Under the pieces are notes generated by a model that was not told where the DNA came from, did no database searches, and saw only the letters and a list, made by a program, of their open reading frames with translations. Of a DNA stretch of 64,000 nt, positions 30,159 through 41,827 are shown piece by piece. Position 1 is the stretch's first letter. Each line of letters starts with the position of its first letter. Source of the stretch: Bacteroidia bacterium (GTDB lineage: Bacteria; Bacteroidota; Bacteroidia; UKL13-3); the NCBI GenBank assembly GCA_044353855.1, contig JBILBF010000001.1, positions 824,430-888,429 of the forward strand, given 5' to 3'. A program made the position numbers and the translations under genes.

Positions 30159-33100
30159 ATGCAACAACAATTTATTAAACTTATATTAAAACCTACAAAA
30201 TACTATCTGCTTTGGTTTTCGCTTCTGTTCTATTTTGTTGTAAATGCAGCAGATAAAACGGTGTCAATTCATTTAAATTGGAAAACCCTAAACAACTTTA
30301 CGCTACAAAACGTTAAATACCCCTCTTTCATTACATTTGACGATGCAGGTTTTGATTTTCAACAACATAAAGGATTACCGATATTTTTCGACAAAGTAGC
30401 GATCCAAGGCAATACTGTTGTTAGGGTATATTTAACAAACGAGCGATATGAACAAATAGGAGATCCAGTTCAAGATAAAGAGTTGTTAAAACAAACAATA
30501 GATATTACATCAAACATTGTATACATTAAAAAAATGCCATGGGCTACTTTTAGTTTTATTCCAATTCGAATTAATAATGATCAAAAATTTGAAAAACTTG
30601 TTAGTGCAGATTTAGTTGTTGTTTATGAAAATAAAATAAAAAATAGCAGTCTAAATAAAAAAGCATTTGTGTCTAATTCTGTTTTAGCTTCGGGTGAATG
30701 GATAAAAATTGGCGTAAATAAATCAGGTGTTTACGTATTAACAAAAGCATATTTAAAAAGTTTAGGCATTAAAGTTGAGAATATTGACCCTCGTACAATA
30801 AAGTTATATGGTTCTGGTTCTGGATTATTGCCTCAATTAAACTCGGCCTCCAGGTTTGATGATATTCCTGAAAATTTAATTCAAGTTACGGGTGAATCTG
30901 ATGGTGTTTTAAATGATTCTGACCAAATTCTATTTTATGGAAAAGGGCAAAAAGATTTATGGATATACGATTCATTATCATCGCATTTTAAGCATATTAA
31001 TAATATATATTCTGATGTAACGTATTACTTTTTAACTTATGGTGGCGTAAATGGAAAGCGTATTATTTCTTCACCTTCTGCTGGTACGCCAACTGTTTTT
31101 GTAAATGAATTCGACCAATTGTATGTTTACGAAAAAGACTTAAATAATTTAATTCGATCTGGAAGAACCTGGTTGGGTGAGGAATTTGGCAGAGTCAATT
31201 CATATAGGTTTAATGTAAATATGGGTTCAGTAAATATTTCTTCTCCATTATATATCAGGTCTTTGGTTGCAGCCAGAAGTTTTTCTCCTAGTACTTTTTC
31301 AGTTTCTGTCAATTCAAATACTGTTTTAACTCATACTGTTTCAGCTGTAATCGCTAATTATGAATCGCCATTTGCTTCAAGTGATGGTGTCAAAACGTTA
31401 TCAACGCCTGTAACGGATGGAAATATAAATATTGGTTATGCCTATAGCTCACCTAATTTAGGGTCTTTAGCATGGCTTGACTATTTTGAATTACAAACCA
31501 GAAACTTTTTAAGTAAAACAACCGGGCAATTAATATTTAGAGATGCAAAAAGTATTGGAGCAGGCAAAATTGCTCAATTTAATGTTAACAGCAACAGCAA
31601 TGTAAAAATTTGGGATGTTACCCTATCAACAGAAATTAAAGCGCCTCAAATTTCAGTTAATAATAATATCTATTCTTATGTTGTATCAACAGATACGCTA
31701 AGAGAGTTTGTTGCATTTAGTCCTCAAGATTTATACGTTCCTTTATCGGGAGTGAAGTTGTCAAACCAGAATATTCATGGATTACCTTCAGCAGATTTGA
31801 TTATTATTACGCATCCACAATTTTTGACAGAAGCACAAATATTAGGTCAACTTCACCAAACTAAATCTAATCTAAGGGTTCATGTTTTAACAACGGATCA
31901 AATTTACAACGAATTTTCTTCAGGAGCTCAAGATGTAACTGCTATAAGGGATTGCTTGCGCATGTTTTACAAACGAGCAGCAAACCCTGATGATTTACCA
32001 AAATATGTAACTCTTTTTGGGAGGGCTTCCTATGATTATAAAAATAGAATAACGAATAATACAAATTATGTTCCCACTTATGAAAGTTTAGAATCTTTTG
32101 ATCCTATAGGTAGTTATAATTCGGATGACTATTTTGGTATGTTGGACGATAATGAAGGTAAATGGGATTCAAATGCTGATACTAAAGAGTATTTGGATAT
32201 TTCAATTGGTAGGCTTCCTGCTCAAAACAATGTACAAGCGCAAAATATGGTAAACAAAATTATGCGTTATGTAACCAATCCCGAATTTGGAGATTGGAAA
32301 ACTAAATTAGTATTTGTAGCAGATGACGAAGATTATAATTTGCATATAAGTGACGCAGAAGTAGTGGCAACAAAAGCAGTCAACAAATTCCCAGATTACA
32401 ATATTAAAAAAATATATATTGATGCTTACAATGAAGAGAATACTTCAGGTGGAGCTCGAAATACTTTAGCTCAAACTGAAATAATAAAAGCTGTTGAACA
32501 AGGTGCCATGATAATTAATTATGCAGGTCATGGAGGAGAAGTAGGTTGGGCAAGTGAGCGAATATTAAATACGGATGATATTTTAGGATGGACCAATGGA
32601 GGCAAACTTCCTGTATTTTTAACAGCTACGTGCGAGTTTAGCCGTTTTGATGATCCTGCACGAACTTCTGCAGGTGAAATGGTTTTGCTCAATCCTAATG
32701 GAGGAGGAATTGCTCTTTTTACTACAGTAAGGCTAGTTTTTACTTCAGCTAATTCTGATTTGAATCAGAAATTTTATGATTATATTGGATTGGATTCAGC
32801 TTCTGCATTCAATCGTAAAACATTAGGAGAGGTGATGCAGCTCACCAAAAATGCCGTTAATCCAGGATTCGACAAAAACACACGCAACTTTACTTTATTA
32901 GGTGATCCAGCTGTTTATCTTGCTTATCCAACTCATAGCTTAAAAACAACCAAAATAAATAAGGAACCTATTTCTATAATACCCGATACATTAAAGGCTT
33001 TTAGCAAAATAACGGTAGAAGGGACAGTAGTTGACAACACTAATAGTATTCTTAATAACTATAATGGAGTAATATATCCCACTGTTTATGATAAAGCTTC

Positions 33101-34013
33101 AACGTATCGAACGATTGCAAATAATCCAACAAGTCAACAAGCAAATTTTATCATGCAAAACAATGTGATTTATAGAGGAAAAGCTTCTGTAAAAAATGGA
33201 TTGTTTACTTTTTCTTTTATTGTTCCTAAAGATATTTCATATGAAATAGGATATGGAAAAATTAGCTATACGGCTGATAATGGTTTAGTAGATGCTATTG
33301 GAAATTATAAGAATATAATTATAGGAAAAACTGCAGATAGTATACCAGGAGATAATATAGGACCTGATATTAAGCTTTACTTAAATGATGAAAAATTCGT
33401 TTTTGGGGGAATAACAAACGAAAACCCTATTTTAATTATGAAAATACGTGATGAAAATGGTATTAACATAACAGGAAGAGGAGTTGGTAGAGATATTTCG
33501 ATGATTATAAATAATGATAACACCAAAAACATATCGCTAAACGACTATTATCAAGCAAGAATAGATAGTTATCAAGAAGGTGAAGTTCGTTTTCAACTCA
33601 AAGGATTATCACAAGGTAAGAACATGTTAAAAACAGCCGCATTTGATATTTACAACAATTCATCAGATGCTATGTTAGAGTTTATAGTTGCTAATTCTGA
33701 ATCAATGGCATTACAACATGTATTAAATTATCCCAATCCATTTACTACAAATACAACCTTTCACTTTGATCATAATAAAGCTGGTGAACCTATAATGGTG
33801 CAAGTACAAGTATTTACTGTCAGTGGAAAATTAATTAAAACGTTGCAAACAGAAACGATAACAAGTGGTAATCATTTTGACGAAATAAACTGGGATGGAC
33901 GTGATGACTTTGGAGATAATATTGGCAAAGGTGTTTATATCTATAAAGTTAAAGTTAAATCTAATTCAGGCAAAAGTGCCGAAGAGTATCAAAAAATGGT
34001 TATTTTGAATTAA
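30159..34013 (+). CDS. porU: T9SS sortase PorU (C25 peptidase with CTD)
   Basis: NYAGHGG (His) and FLTATCEF (Cys) catalytic motifs, LLGDPA, C-terminal NYPNPF..WDGRD..GVYIYKV; followed by porV. Confidence 0.93.
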   Translation: MQQQFIKLILKPTKYYLLWFSLLFYFVVNAADKTVSIHLNWKTLNNFTLQNVKYPSFITFDDAGFDFQQHKGLPIFFDKVAIQGNTVVRVYLTNERYEQIGDPVQDKELLKQTIDITSNIVYIKKMPWATFSFIPIRINNDQKFEKLVSADLVVVYENKIKNSSLNKKAFVSNSVLASGEWIKIGVNKSGVYVLTKAYLKSLGIKVENIDPRTIKLYGSGSGLLPQLNSASRFDDIPENLIQVTGESDGVLNDSDQILFYGKGQKDLWIYDSLSSHFKHINNIYSDVTYYFLTYGGVNGKRIISSPSAGTPTVFVNEFDQLYVYEKDLNNLIRSGRTWLGEEFGRVNSYRFNVNMGSVNISSPLYIRSLVAARSFSPSTFSVSVNSNTVLTHTVSAVIANYESPFASSDGVKTLSTPVTDGNINIGYAYSSPNLGSLAWLDYFELQTRNFLSKTTGQLIFRDAKSIGAGKIAQFNVNSNSNVKIWDVTLSTEIKAPQISVNNNIYSYVVSTDTLREFVAFSPQDLYVPLSGVKLSNQNIHGLPSADLIIITHPQFLTEAQILGQLHQTKSNLRVHVLTTDQIYNEFSSGAQDVTAIRDCLRMFYKRAANPDDLPKYVTLFGRASYDYKNRITNNTNYVPTYESLESFDPIGSYNSDDYFGMLDDNEGKWDSNADTKEYLDISIGRLPAQNNVQAQNMVNKIMRYVTNPEFGDWKTKLVFVADDEDYNLHISDAEVVATKAVNKFPDYNIKKIYIDAYNEENTSGGARNTLAQTEIIKAVEQGAMIINYAGHGGEVGWASERILNTDDILGWTNGGKLPVFLTATCEFSRFDDPARTSAGEMVLLNPNGGGIALFTTVRLVFTSANSDLNQKFYDYIGLDSASAFNRKTLGEVMQLTKNAVNPGFDKNTRNFTLLGDPAVYLAYPTHSLKTTKINKEPISIIPDTLKAFSKITVEGTVVDNTNSILNNYNGVIYPTVYDKASTYRTIANNPTSQQANFIMQNNVIYRGKASVKNGLFTFSFIVPKDISYEIGYGKISYTADNGLVDAIGNYKNIIIGKTADSIPGDNIGPDIKLYLNDEKFVFGGITNENPILIMKIRDENGINITGRGVGRDISMIINNDNTKNISLNDYYQARIDSYQEGEVRFQLKGLSQGKNMLKTAAFDIYNNSSDAMLEFIVANSESMALQHVLNYPNPFTTNTTFHFDHNKAGEPIMVQVQVFTVSGKLIKTLQTETITSGNHFDEINWDGRDDFGDNIGKGVYIYKVKVKSNSGKSAEEYQKMVILN

Positions 34014-34036
34014 TTTTCTATTATCAGTATTCGGTT

Positions 34037-34044
34037 TATTTTTG
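34037..34044 (+). promoter_or_regulatory. -7 promoter element (TATTTTTG) upstream of porV
   Basis: Exact consensus match between porU and porV. Confidence 0.5.
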
Positions 34045-34075
34045 CCAACTTAGCTTGATTACATATTATTTAAAA

Positions 34076-35326
34076 ATGAAAACTGTTAAAATATATATAA
34101 CAATTGCCATTTTATTCTTTCTTGGGGTAAAACTGGAAGCACAAATAAATTCGAGCCAACTTGATGGTCGACAAAATACTATAACTACAGCAGTTCCGTT
34201 TTTAATGATTACACCTGATGCTAGAGCTGGTGGTATGGGAGATGTTGGTGTTGCAACACCCAATGATATGAATGCAATTCATTGGAACGCAGCAAAGCTT
34301 GCTTTCATGGAAAAAGAAGGAGGCGCCTCCATATCATATACTCCTTGGTTAAGACAACTAGTCCCAGATGTTTCGCTTTCTTATCTTTCGATATACGGTA
34401 AGTTAAATGAACGAGCTACACTTGCTGGGTCTTTAAGATATTTTTCGTTAGGTGAAATACAGTTCACAGATTTTACGGGTAATAGTTTAGGGAATTATAA
34501 TCCTAATGAGTTGGCTATTGATATGGCTTATACACAGAAATTATCTGACGAGTTTTCAGTTGGGGTAGCATTTAGATACATATATTCAAACTTAGCAGGT
34601 GGAGCTAATCTTTCTCAAACCCCAATTACACCAGGTATATCTTTTGCTGGTGATATTACGGCTTATTACAGAAATAAAACCAAGTATAAAGGATACAAAA
34701 TTAACTACGCTTTTGGAGGTGCTATTACAAATATTGGAAGTAAAATAACATATACTAATGCTCAACAAGCTAATTTTATTCCAGTTAATCTAAGATTAGG
34801 TTCTTATGGAGAAATTGAAATTGATAAGTATAATACACTCGCACTTACTGTTGATTTTAATAAACTTTTAGTTCCCACTCCTCCAGTTTATGCCTACGAT
34901 AACAATGGTAAATTAGAATTCAATTCAGATGGGACACCTAAAATTGAAAGTGGAAAGCCAAACAACGTACCTTTGGTTCAAGGAATGATACAATCATTTT
35001 ACGATGCTCCTGGAGGGTTTAAAGAAGAATTACATGAAATTAATATAGCCACTGGATTAGAGTATTGGTATGATAAACAATTTGCATTGAGAATGGGATA
35101 CTACTATGAACATCCAACTAAAGGAAATCGTAAATACATGACGATGGGTGCTGGATTAAGGTATAATGTTTTCGGCTTAGATGTTGCTTATTTAATTTCA
35201 TTTCAACAGCGTAATCCTTTAGATAATACATTACGATTTACGTTAACTTTTGATTTTGATGCATTCAAAAAACAAAAAGAAGGTAGCAACGGAAACAATG
35301 ATATTTTTGAAGCTCCTGCAAATTAA
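34076..35326 (+). CDS. porV: T9SS outer membrane protein PorV
   Basis: ITTAVPFLMITPDARAGGMGD, HWNAAKL, SYTPWLRQLV and NPLDNTLRFTL; porU-porV-ispF order. Confidence 0.94.
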   Translation: MKTVKIYITIAILFFLGVKLEAQINSSQLDGRQNTITTAVPFLMITPDARAGGMGDVGVATPNDMNAIHWNAAKLAFMEKEGGASISYTPWLRQLVPDVSLSYLSIYGKLNERATLAGSLRYFSLGEIQFTDFTGNSLGNYNPNELAIDMAYTQKLSDEFSVGVAFRYIYSNLAGGANLSQTPITPGISFAGDITAYYRNKTKYKGYKINYAFGGAITNIGSKITYTNAQQANFIPVNLRLGSYGEIEIDKYNTLALTVDFNKLLVPTPPVYAYDNNGKLEFNSDGTPKIESGKPNNVPLVQGMIQSFYDAPGGFKEELHEINIATGLEYWYDKQFALRMGYYYEHPTKGNRKYMTMGAGLRYNVFGLDVAYLISFQQRNPLDNTLRFTLTFDFDAFKKQKEGSNGNNDIFEAPAN

Positions 35327-35344
35327 TTTTAAAACATATTATAA

Positions 35345-35818
35345 ATGAGAATAGGATTTGGATTTGATGTACATCAATTGAGTGAAGGGTATGATTTGTG
35401 GTTGGGTGGCGTAAAAATACCTCATCATAAAGGAGCTGTTGGGCATTCTGATGCTGATGTTTTGCTACATGCTATTTGTGATTCTATCTTAGGAGCAATA
35501 GCACTTGGAGATATTGGTAATCATTTTCCAGATACTGATGATGCTTATAAGGGTATTGACAGTAAAAAATTATTAAAACACGTTGTAGAATTGGTTGCAC
35601 AAAAAGGCTATAAGGTTGGAAATATTGATGCAACTTTGTGTCTAGAAAGTCCGAAGATAATGCCATATGTTGATGAAATGAGAAACAGCATAGCTTCTAT
35701 TTGTGATGTAAACATTGACGCAGTTTCGGTTAAAGCAACTACCAACGAAAAATTAGGTTATGTAGGAAGTGAAAATGGAGTAAATGCATATGCTGTTGTT
35801 TTAATGATTAAGCTATAA
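35345..35818 (+). CDS. ispF: 2-C-methyl-D-erythritol 2,4-cyclodiphosphate synthase
   Basis: RIGFGFDVH, GHSDADVLLHA, DIGNHFP and VKATTNEKLG. Confidence 0.97.
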   Translation: MRIGFGFDVHQLSEGYDLWLGGVKIPHHKGAVGHSDADVLLHAICDSILGAIALGDIGNHFPDTDDAYKGIDSKKLLKHVVELVAQKGYKVGNIDATLCLESPKIMPYVDEMRNSIASICDVNIDAVSVKATTNEKLGYVGSENGVNAYAVVLMIKL

Positions 35819-37121
35819 TATCAATAAGCGTTTCTAACTTCATTCCTCTTGATCCTTTTATAAATATGTTTCTGTTTTCAAGTGCATGATTAGCCAGATA
35901 ATCTCTGACTTCTACGGTAGTTAAAAATTGTTTCATTGCTCCTTGTTTGTGCTTGCTAAATTCTTCTCCTACAAGCCATACTTCATCTATATTTAATTTT
36001 AAGCAAAATTCAATCATGTTAGCATGTTCTTGTTCTGCATAAATACCCATTTCAAACATATCACCTATAATAGCTATTTTATTAGAAAATGGCATTGCTG
36101 CAAAGTTTTTTAATGAAGCTTCTAAGCTACTTGGATTTGCATTATACGCATCGAGATAAAGGGTGTTTTTTGCTTTTTTAATTACTTGTGATCGGTTGTT
36201 GGTTGGTTGGTATTCCTCAATCCCTTTTTGAATGTTATCATCTGATATTAAAAAGTGTTTACCAATACAAACGGCTGCCATTATATTATCAAAATTATAG
36301 TCTCCACTCAGGTTACTTGTAATCATTTTTTTGCTTTCTATATCTAAATAATTGTATGTAAATGTTATTTCAGGTCTAAGTTTTTCTGCTTGACCGATGC
36401 ACATTGCAACTGCATTTTTATTTTCTGCATTAGCAGCATATGTAATTTTTTTATTTAGTCTATTAGCCATTCTCATTAGCCATTCATCATTTGCGTTTAC
36501 AAAAGCAGTTCCGTTGTTTTTAAGTAAATAATAATAGAGTTCGCTATTGGATTGAGCTACTCCTTCAATGCTACCAAATCCTTCAAGGTGATCTTTCCCA
36601 TTGTTCGTTATTATTCCTTCTGTAGGGCAAGCTATATTGCAAAGTTCAGCATTTTCGCCAATATGATTAGCTCCCATTTCTATTATGGCAATTTCATGTT
36701 GTTGTGTGAGTTGCAACAATGTTAGCGGTAAACCAATGTGATTATTAAAATTTCCTGGTGTTGAATGCACATTGTATTGCTGTTTTAAAACACAACTAAG
36801 TAGTTCTTTTGTTGTAGTTTTCCCATTCGAACCAACTATAGCAATAATTGGAATTGCTAGTTTTTCTCTATGGTATTGAGCTAATTTTTGCAAAGCAATT
36901 AAAACATCATCAACCAAAATATACTTGTCGTTTTTCTTATATTTTTCTTCATCTATTACTGCAAATGCAGCTCCTTTCATTAATGATTCTTCTGCAAAAC
37001 TATTCGCATTAAAATTTGGGCCTTTTAATGCAAAAAATATTGAGTTGTGCTCAATTTTTCTTGTATCCGTTGAAACCATTGGATGTTTTACATATAATTG
37101 GTATAAGTCTTCAATTGTCAT
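35808..37121 (-). CDS. murF: UDP-N-acetylmuramoyl-tripeptide--D-alanyl-D-alanine ligase
   Basis: DTRKI, GSNGKTTTKE, NFNNHIGLP, EMGANH, DAYNANPSS and KGSRG. Confidence 0.95.
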   Translation of the reverse strand: MTIEDLYQLYVKHPMVSTDTRKIEHNSIFFALKGPNFNANSFAEESLMKGAAFAVIDEEKYKKNDKYILVDDVLIALQKLAQYHREKLAIPIIAIVGSNGKTTTKELLSCVLKQQYNVHSTPGNFNNHIGLPLTLLQLTQQHEIAIIEMGANHIGENAELCNIACPTEGIITNNGKDHLEGFGSIEGVAQSNSELYYYLLKNNGTAFVNANDEWLMRMANRLNKKITYAANAENKNAVAMCIGQAEKLRPEITFTYNYLDIESKKMITSNLSGDYNFDNIMAAVCIGKHFLISDDNIQKGIEEYQPTNNRSQVIKKAKNTLYLDAYNANPSSLEASLKNFAAMPFSNKIAIIGDMFEMGIYAEQEHANMIEFCLKLNIDEVWLVGEEFSKHKQGAMKQFLTTVEVRDYLANHALENRNIFIKGSRGMKLETLIDIIA

Positions 37122-37193
37122 TTTAAGAAATTATTAAGTGCAATTTGATATTTTTTTAGTTTACTTTTACTTGTAAAAATTATATATTAACCT

Positions 37194-39572
37194 ATGAAAA
37201 GGTTGTTGGTCTTACTATTCATTTTATTGAGCATTTCAACATTTGCTCAAACGTATAAATTTTATTATTCAAATTCGCCTAAATTTTTAAATAATACGGA
37301 TACGTTAAAGTTTCCTTTTACAGGAGGTGTTAATGCTCCGCAGTTTTCTAATATCGATTTAAATGGTGATGGACGAAAAGATGTCTTTGTTTTCGATCGA
37401 GTTACAAGCAGAGTATTGTGTTTTATAAATTTACCTTCAGGTATGATTCATGCACCTAAATATGAATCGAAATTTCCCTTTATGATGGGTTGGGCCATAT
37501 TGAGAGATTTTAATAATGATGGAAATGAAGATATTTTTACTGAAATTTCTAATAGAATTGAAGATTTAAAAGATACAACTCAGTTAATTTTTGGTGGAGC
37601 TATAAGAATATTAAAAAATAATACAACATCTGAACTTAAGTCTTTTATTCAGTTAGAAAATATGACATTGGATACAGGTAGAAGCGCATTAGGTTTTTCA
37701 CCACCTTTACCTCCTGAATATGATATATCCCCCAGAGCTATTGGAGTTAGCCAATCAGATATACCGGCTCTCGATGATGTTGATAATGATGGAGATATTG
37801 ATATCATAAAATTTTCTTCAACCGAAACAAGTCCTCAGTATATTGAAAACTATAAAATTAATGAGTTTAATTATTCTTATCCAAAAGATAGTACTCGTTT
37901 TATTTTTAGAGATATGTGTTGGGGAGGAATTCAATATGACGGAGGTGCTGGTTATAATAAATTTAATATTCATTATGGAAGAGCAGATTTAGCAAATTGT
38001 GATTATCGTTTTTATGGTAAAAAGCAATTGAAACACTCAGGAAGTACAAGTTTGATGTTAGATATTGATGGAGATGGTATTAAAGACTATGTATATGGTG
38101 ATGTATCATTTAATAATTTAATTTGGTTGAAAAATGGAAGAGGTATTAATCCTTTAGGGTATGACAGTATCGTTAGTCAAGACAGTATTTTTCCTCCTAA
38201 CACAACTAGGTTTAACTTTATTAATTTCCCAGCTGCATTTTATGTAAATATTGATTTTGACAATGAAAATGAATTGCTTGTTACAACCAATAATACTATT
38301 GGCGTAAAAAACACAAATAATGTTTGGGTTTATGATAATAATGGAACAAACGATAAACCTGTTTTTAGCTATTCAGGAAATAATTTTTTTATGTTTGACC
38401 AAACTATTGATTTGGGATCAAGAACAGTACCTATCATAATTGATATAAATAACGATACAAAAAAAGATCTAATCGTAGCTACTAGTGGGAATTATGAAAC
38501 CAGTAAAAATATTAAAGACCAATTAGTATATTATAAAAATGTAGGTTCTAATACCAGCCCAGTATATTTATTAGAAGATAGTAATTTGTTCCAACTCACC
38601 AATGATACCCCTATTTTAGAGATGCACCCTACTTTTGGTGATTTAACAGGAGATGGAAAACAAGATATGGTTATTGGAAATTCAAATGGTGAAATTCAAT
38701 ATTTTATTAATAATGGTATTGGAAGTAATATTAGTTTTCAATTGCAAACCAGGTCGCTTGGAGGCATAGATGTAGGAAATAATTCTGCTCCTCAGCTTTT
38801 TGATTTAAATAAAGATGGAAAACTTGATTTACTTGTCGGCAATAAAGGAGGAATTATTAAATATTATAAAAATATAGGCACATTAAATATTCCATTATTT
38901 TCAAATAATCCAACAATTGATACTTTTGGTGGAATTGTTACCCGTATTAAATATAGAATAGGAGGAGGGTATGAACAAATTGAGCAATTTGGTTATGCAG
39001 TTCCTTTTGCAACAGATTTAGATAATAATCCGAGTACAATTGAATTATTAGTTGGTACAAATAGTGGACAGGTTTGGTTATATTCTAACATTACAGATAT
39101 ACAAGGGTCTGTATTTACTAAAACAGATACTCTTTTTGCTTTTTCAGAACAGTCAGATGCTAAAGCACTTCGGTTTGGTTATCGCTCAGTACCTTTTGCA
39201 GCAAAATTAGATAACGATGACAAAATGGACATTTTAATTGGTAATCTTGGAGGAGGACTTAATTTTTATGCTTCAATTCCAACTGTTTCTGATTCAGTTT
39301 GGAATTCTGTAACAAACGAGTTACATATTCAAAAAATAACTGTTTTCCCAAATCCAGCTCAACATGAATTGAGTTTTGAAACGTATCAATTAAGAGAAGA
39401 TATGGAATATCAAATTGTAAATATTCTGGGCAAAGTTTTGCTTAAAGGTAAAGTAAATCATTTTTACGCTAATCATACTATTCAAACTTCAGTATTAACA
39501 GAAGGAATATACTTTTTAAAGCTAAATGGTGTTAATCAATCGTTCATTTCTCGTTTTTTAATCAAACGATAA
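37194..39572 (+). CDS. T9SS type A cargo protein with FG-GAP/VCBS-like Ca-binding repeats
   Basis: Signal peptide; about 10 DxN/DxDG..D motifs; C-terminal VFPNPA...GIYFLKL CTD. Confidence 0.85.
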   Translation: MKRLLVLLFILLSISTFAQTYKFYYSNSPKFLNNTDTLKFPFTGGVNAPQFSNIDLNGDGRKDVFVFDRVTSRVLCFINLPSGMIHAPKYESKFPFMMGWAILRDFNNDGNEDIFTEISNRIEDLKDTTQLIFGGAIRILKNNTTSELKSFIQLENMTLDTGRSALGFSPPLPPEYDISPRAIGVSQSDIPALDDVDNDGDIDIIKFSSTETSPQYIENYKINEFNYSYPKDSTRFIFRDMCWGGIQYDGGAGYNKFNIHYGRADLANCDYRFYGKKQLKHSGSTSLMLDIDGDGIKDYVYGDVSFNNLIWLKNGRGINPLGYDSIVSQDSIFPPNTTRFNFINFPAAFYVNIDFDNENELLVTTNNTIGVKNTNNVWVYDNNGTNDKPVFSYSGNNFFMFDQTIDLGSRTVPIIIDINNDTKKDLIVATSGNYETSKNIKDQLVYYKNVGSNTSPVYLLEDSNLFQLTNDTPILEMHPTFGDLTGDGKQDMVIGNSNGEIQYFINNGIGSNISFQLQTRSLGGIDVGNNSAPQLFDLNKDGKLDLLVGNKGGIIKYYKNIGTLNIPLFSNNPTIDTFGGIVTRIKYRIGGGYEQIEQFGYAVPFATDLDNNPSTIELLVGTNSGQVWLYSNITDIQGSVFTKTDTLFAFSEQSDAKALRFGYRSVPFAAKLDNDDKMDILIGNLGGGLNFYASIPTVSDSVWNSVTNELHIQKITVFPNPAQHELSFETYQLREDMEYQIVNILGKVLLKGKVNHFYANHTIQTSVLTEGIYFLKLNGVNQSFISRFLIKR

Positions 39573-39574
39573 TG

Positions 39575-40435
39575 TTATTTTGATTTAGTTGTTTTTTCAA
39601 TGCGTAATCGTAAAGATTTTAAATCTTTAGCTTCACATTTACATTTTTCTATACTTGACGAACTAAAGTGCATTACATCACTATTGGCAGCCGATATGTA
39701 TATTTTATCACAAAATTTTTCATTAAAAACAGAATAAACATAAGCTATATCTGAATTTTGAGATAAAATAGCTTTATATATTTCTTCTCTTTCTACCTCT
39801 TCAACTTCATTACCATATATAAAGCTAGCATCTTCTTTACCTTTCATTATTAACATTCTTTCTTCCACTAAAAGCTTTTTATTTCCTAATAGTGAAATAT
39901 CACTAGGGTAATTGTTCATCATGTATGGAGCTGAAATTTCTTTATCTCCTTTTGCTACAACTGCATAATTGAAAAAATTGTTGAGTATTTGTACGCCTCG
40001 TATTAACTCAGGATACCAATCATTTGTATCAATAATATTACTACAATAAGCATTAGCAATTATTTCGTCTATTTTAGAACGTTTTTTAAATTTTTTTGTA
40101 ATGAGTAATCCATTAAAATCATCTTCTGAAGAACCCAATTTAACTTTAGTTTTATTTGATTTTTTACTTTTAGCAAATGTTAAAAAACTGAATTCTGGCT
40201 TGTTGTATGACTTTATAGCTGTATCATATACAAATACAAATCCACTGTTAAAAGTCCAATAGGTTTCTACTGCTTTTTTTATTGAAGCGTTATAAGCACT
40301 ATCTGCAAAAAGTACTACAACAAGTCGAGTATCTTTAAACTTTTCTATTTCAGCCTTTTTTACAAAACCGAACTGGGCAGTTGTGGTTTTAATTCCAATA
40401 ATTAAAACAACAATAATGTTTAAGAAAATTTTCAT
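39575..40435 (-). CDS. Hypothetical secreted protein
   Basis: 286-aa ORF with signal peptide (TTTA-Q); no motif recognised. Confidence 0.75.
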   Translation of the reverse strand: MKIFLNIIVVLIIGIKTTTAQFGFVKKAEIEKFKDTRLVVVLFADSAYNASIKKAVETYWTFNSGFVFVYDTAIKSYNKPEFSFLTFAKSKKSNKTKVKLGSSEDDFNGLLITKKFKKRSKIDEIIANAYCSNIIDTNDWYPELIRGVQILNNFFNYAVVAKGDKEISAPYMMNNYPSDISLLGNKKLLVEERMLIMKGKEDASFIYGNEVEEVEREEIYKAILSQNSDIAYVYSVFNEKFCDKIYISAANSDVMHFSSSSIEKCKCEAKDLKSLRLRIEKTTKSK

Positions 40436-40484
40436 TTTATATGTTTATTTAAATCAAAGTAACAGTATTCAAACCATACTTCAT

Positions 40485-40514
40485 AAAAAAAGCTAAACAA
40501 ACTGTTTAGCTTTT
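40485..40514 (-). terminator. Intrinsic terminator after the ECF sigma gene
   Basis: AAAAGCTAAACA / TGTTTAGCTTTT inverted repeat with T-run on the minus strand. Confidence 0.7.
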
Positions 40515-40534
40515 AGGGTTTTAATCAATTATTT

Positions 40535-41071
40535 TTAATTATTTAGAGCATTGTTTAGACCATAAGCATATCCATAATTATTTAAAGCTTCACGTAATTG
40601 TCTTTTAGCTACAAAAATTCTAGTCTTTACTGTTCCAATTGGAATGTGTAAAATTTCAGCAATTTCATGATATTTAAATCCACTATGGTTCATTGTAAAG
40701 GGTTTTTTTAAGCTTTGAGGAAGCTTTTCTATCGCACCTTCGATATCTTTTAGTATAAAATTTTGTTCTCCTTGGTTACGCTCTGTAGGTGATATTGAAT
40801 CTAAATAGTAATCATTATCAGTTTGATCTATAAAAGTATTCCGTTTTATCATTCTACGGTAATTATTGATAAATGTGTTCTTCATTATGGTATAAAGCCA
40901 CCCTTTTAAGTTCGTTCCTTCTGTAAATTTATCTTGATACATTATAGCTTTTAGCATAGTGTCCTGCATGAGATCATTCGTGTCTTCTACATTTCGTGTA
41001 AGTTGATATGCATAACTTCTCATAGTTTGCGACTCTTTTTGCACTACTTTTTTGAATTCTATACTTGTCAT
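40535..41071 (-). CDS. RNA polymerase sigma-70 factor, ECF subfamily
   Basis: DLMQDT, GTNLKGWLYTIMKNTF (region 2), FKYHEIAEIL.IPIGTVKTRIF (region 4). Confidence 0.93.
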   Translation of the reverse strand: MTSIEFKKVVQKESQTMRSYAYQLTRNVEDTNDLMQDTMLKAIMYQDKFTEGTNLKGWLYTIMKNTFINNYRRMIKRNTFIDQTDNDYYLDSISPTERNQGEQNFILKDIEGAIEKLPQSLKKPFTMNHSGFKYHEIAEILHIPIGTVKTRIFVAKRQLREALNNYGYAYGLNNALNN

Positions 41072-41109
41072 ACTGATATATTGTTTAATATAAATTGAAA
41101 TAACTTAAA

Positions 41110-41117
41110 CAAATGTA
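41110..41117 (-). promoter_or_regulatory. -7 promoter element (TACATTTG) upstream of the ECF sigma gene
   Basis: Exact consensus match 39 bp upstream of the ATG. Confidence 0.5.
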
Positions 41118-41416
41118 TGTTTTCTTTTATATGTTTTCCAAATTATATTTTAAATGTCTGTTAATTGATTGAAAAAAAGTATAAATATATGAAAATCAAT
41201 TTTAAAAAGACAAATTTAACTTTAAAAAATAGTATATATTTAAAAAAATGAAGTTAAATTTCCTATTTCAAATCACCTTATAAGTTCTTATTTGTGTTTA
41301 ATTAAAACAATTTAAACATAAACAAGTTAATATTATCAAAAAATACATGAAATTTGATGGGTATTTGTTGTAATTACAATCATTACATTTGATTTTTTGG
41401 ATGATAATTAATAAGA

Positions 41417-41827
41417 ATGGAAATTTCAGTATCGCGTAAAAGTCATTTTAATGCAGCTCATCGTTTACATGTAGCAAGTTGGAGTGATGAAAAAAATAGA
41501 GTTGTATTTGGATCTTGTAATAATCCTAATTATCATGGACATAATTATGATTTAATTGTAACTGTGATAGGTGAGTTAGACCAAGAAACTGGATATTTGA
41601 TAGACACCAAAATATTAAAAGATATTATTAAAGAGGAGATTGAAGATCGTTTCGATCACAAAAATTTAAACTTAGATACAGAAGAATTTATAAACCTAAA
41701 TCCAACAGCAGAAAACATAGCCATTGTGATTTGGAAATTGATTAATAAAAGATTAGATAATCAGTTAAAATTGAATATTAAATTATATGAAACAGAAAGA
41801 AACTTTGTTGAGTACAGCGGAAAATAA
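41417..41827 (+). CDS. queD: 6-carboxytetrahydropterin synthase / 6-pyruvoyl-tetrahydropterin synthase
   Basis: FNAAHRL, CNN..HGHNY, DHKNLN, PTAENIA and LYETE. Confidence 0.9.
   Translation: MEISVSRKSHFNAAHRLHVASWSDEKNRVVFGSCNNPNYHGHNYDLIVTVIGELDQETGYLIDTKILKDIIKEEIEDRFDHKNLNLDTEEFINLNPTAENIAIVIWKLINKRLDNQLKLNIKLYETERNFVEYSGK

Noticed and set aside
41072-41416. Extremely AT-rich 345-bp region as a possible oriC or foreign DNA
   Set aside because: No DnaA-box cluster seen; adequately explained as divergent promoters of the ECF sigma gene and queD.
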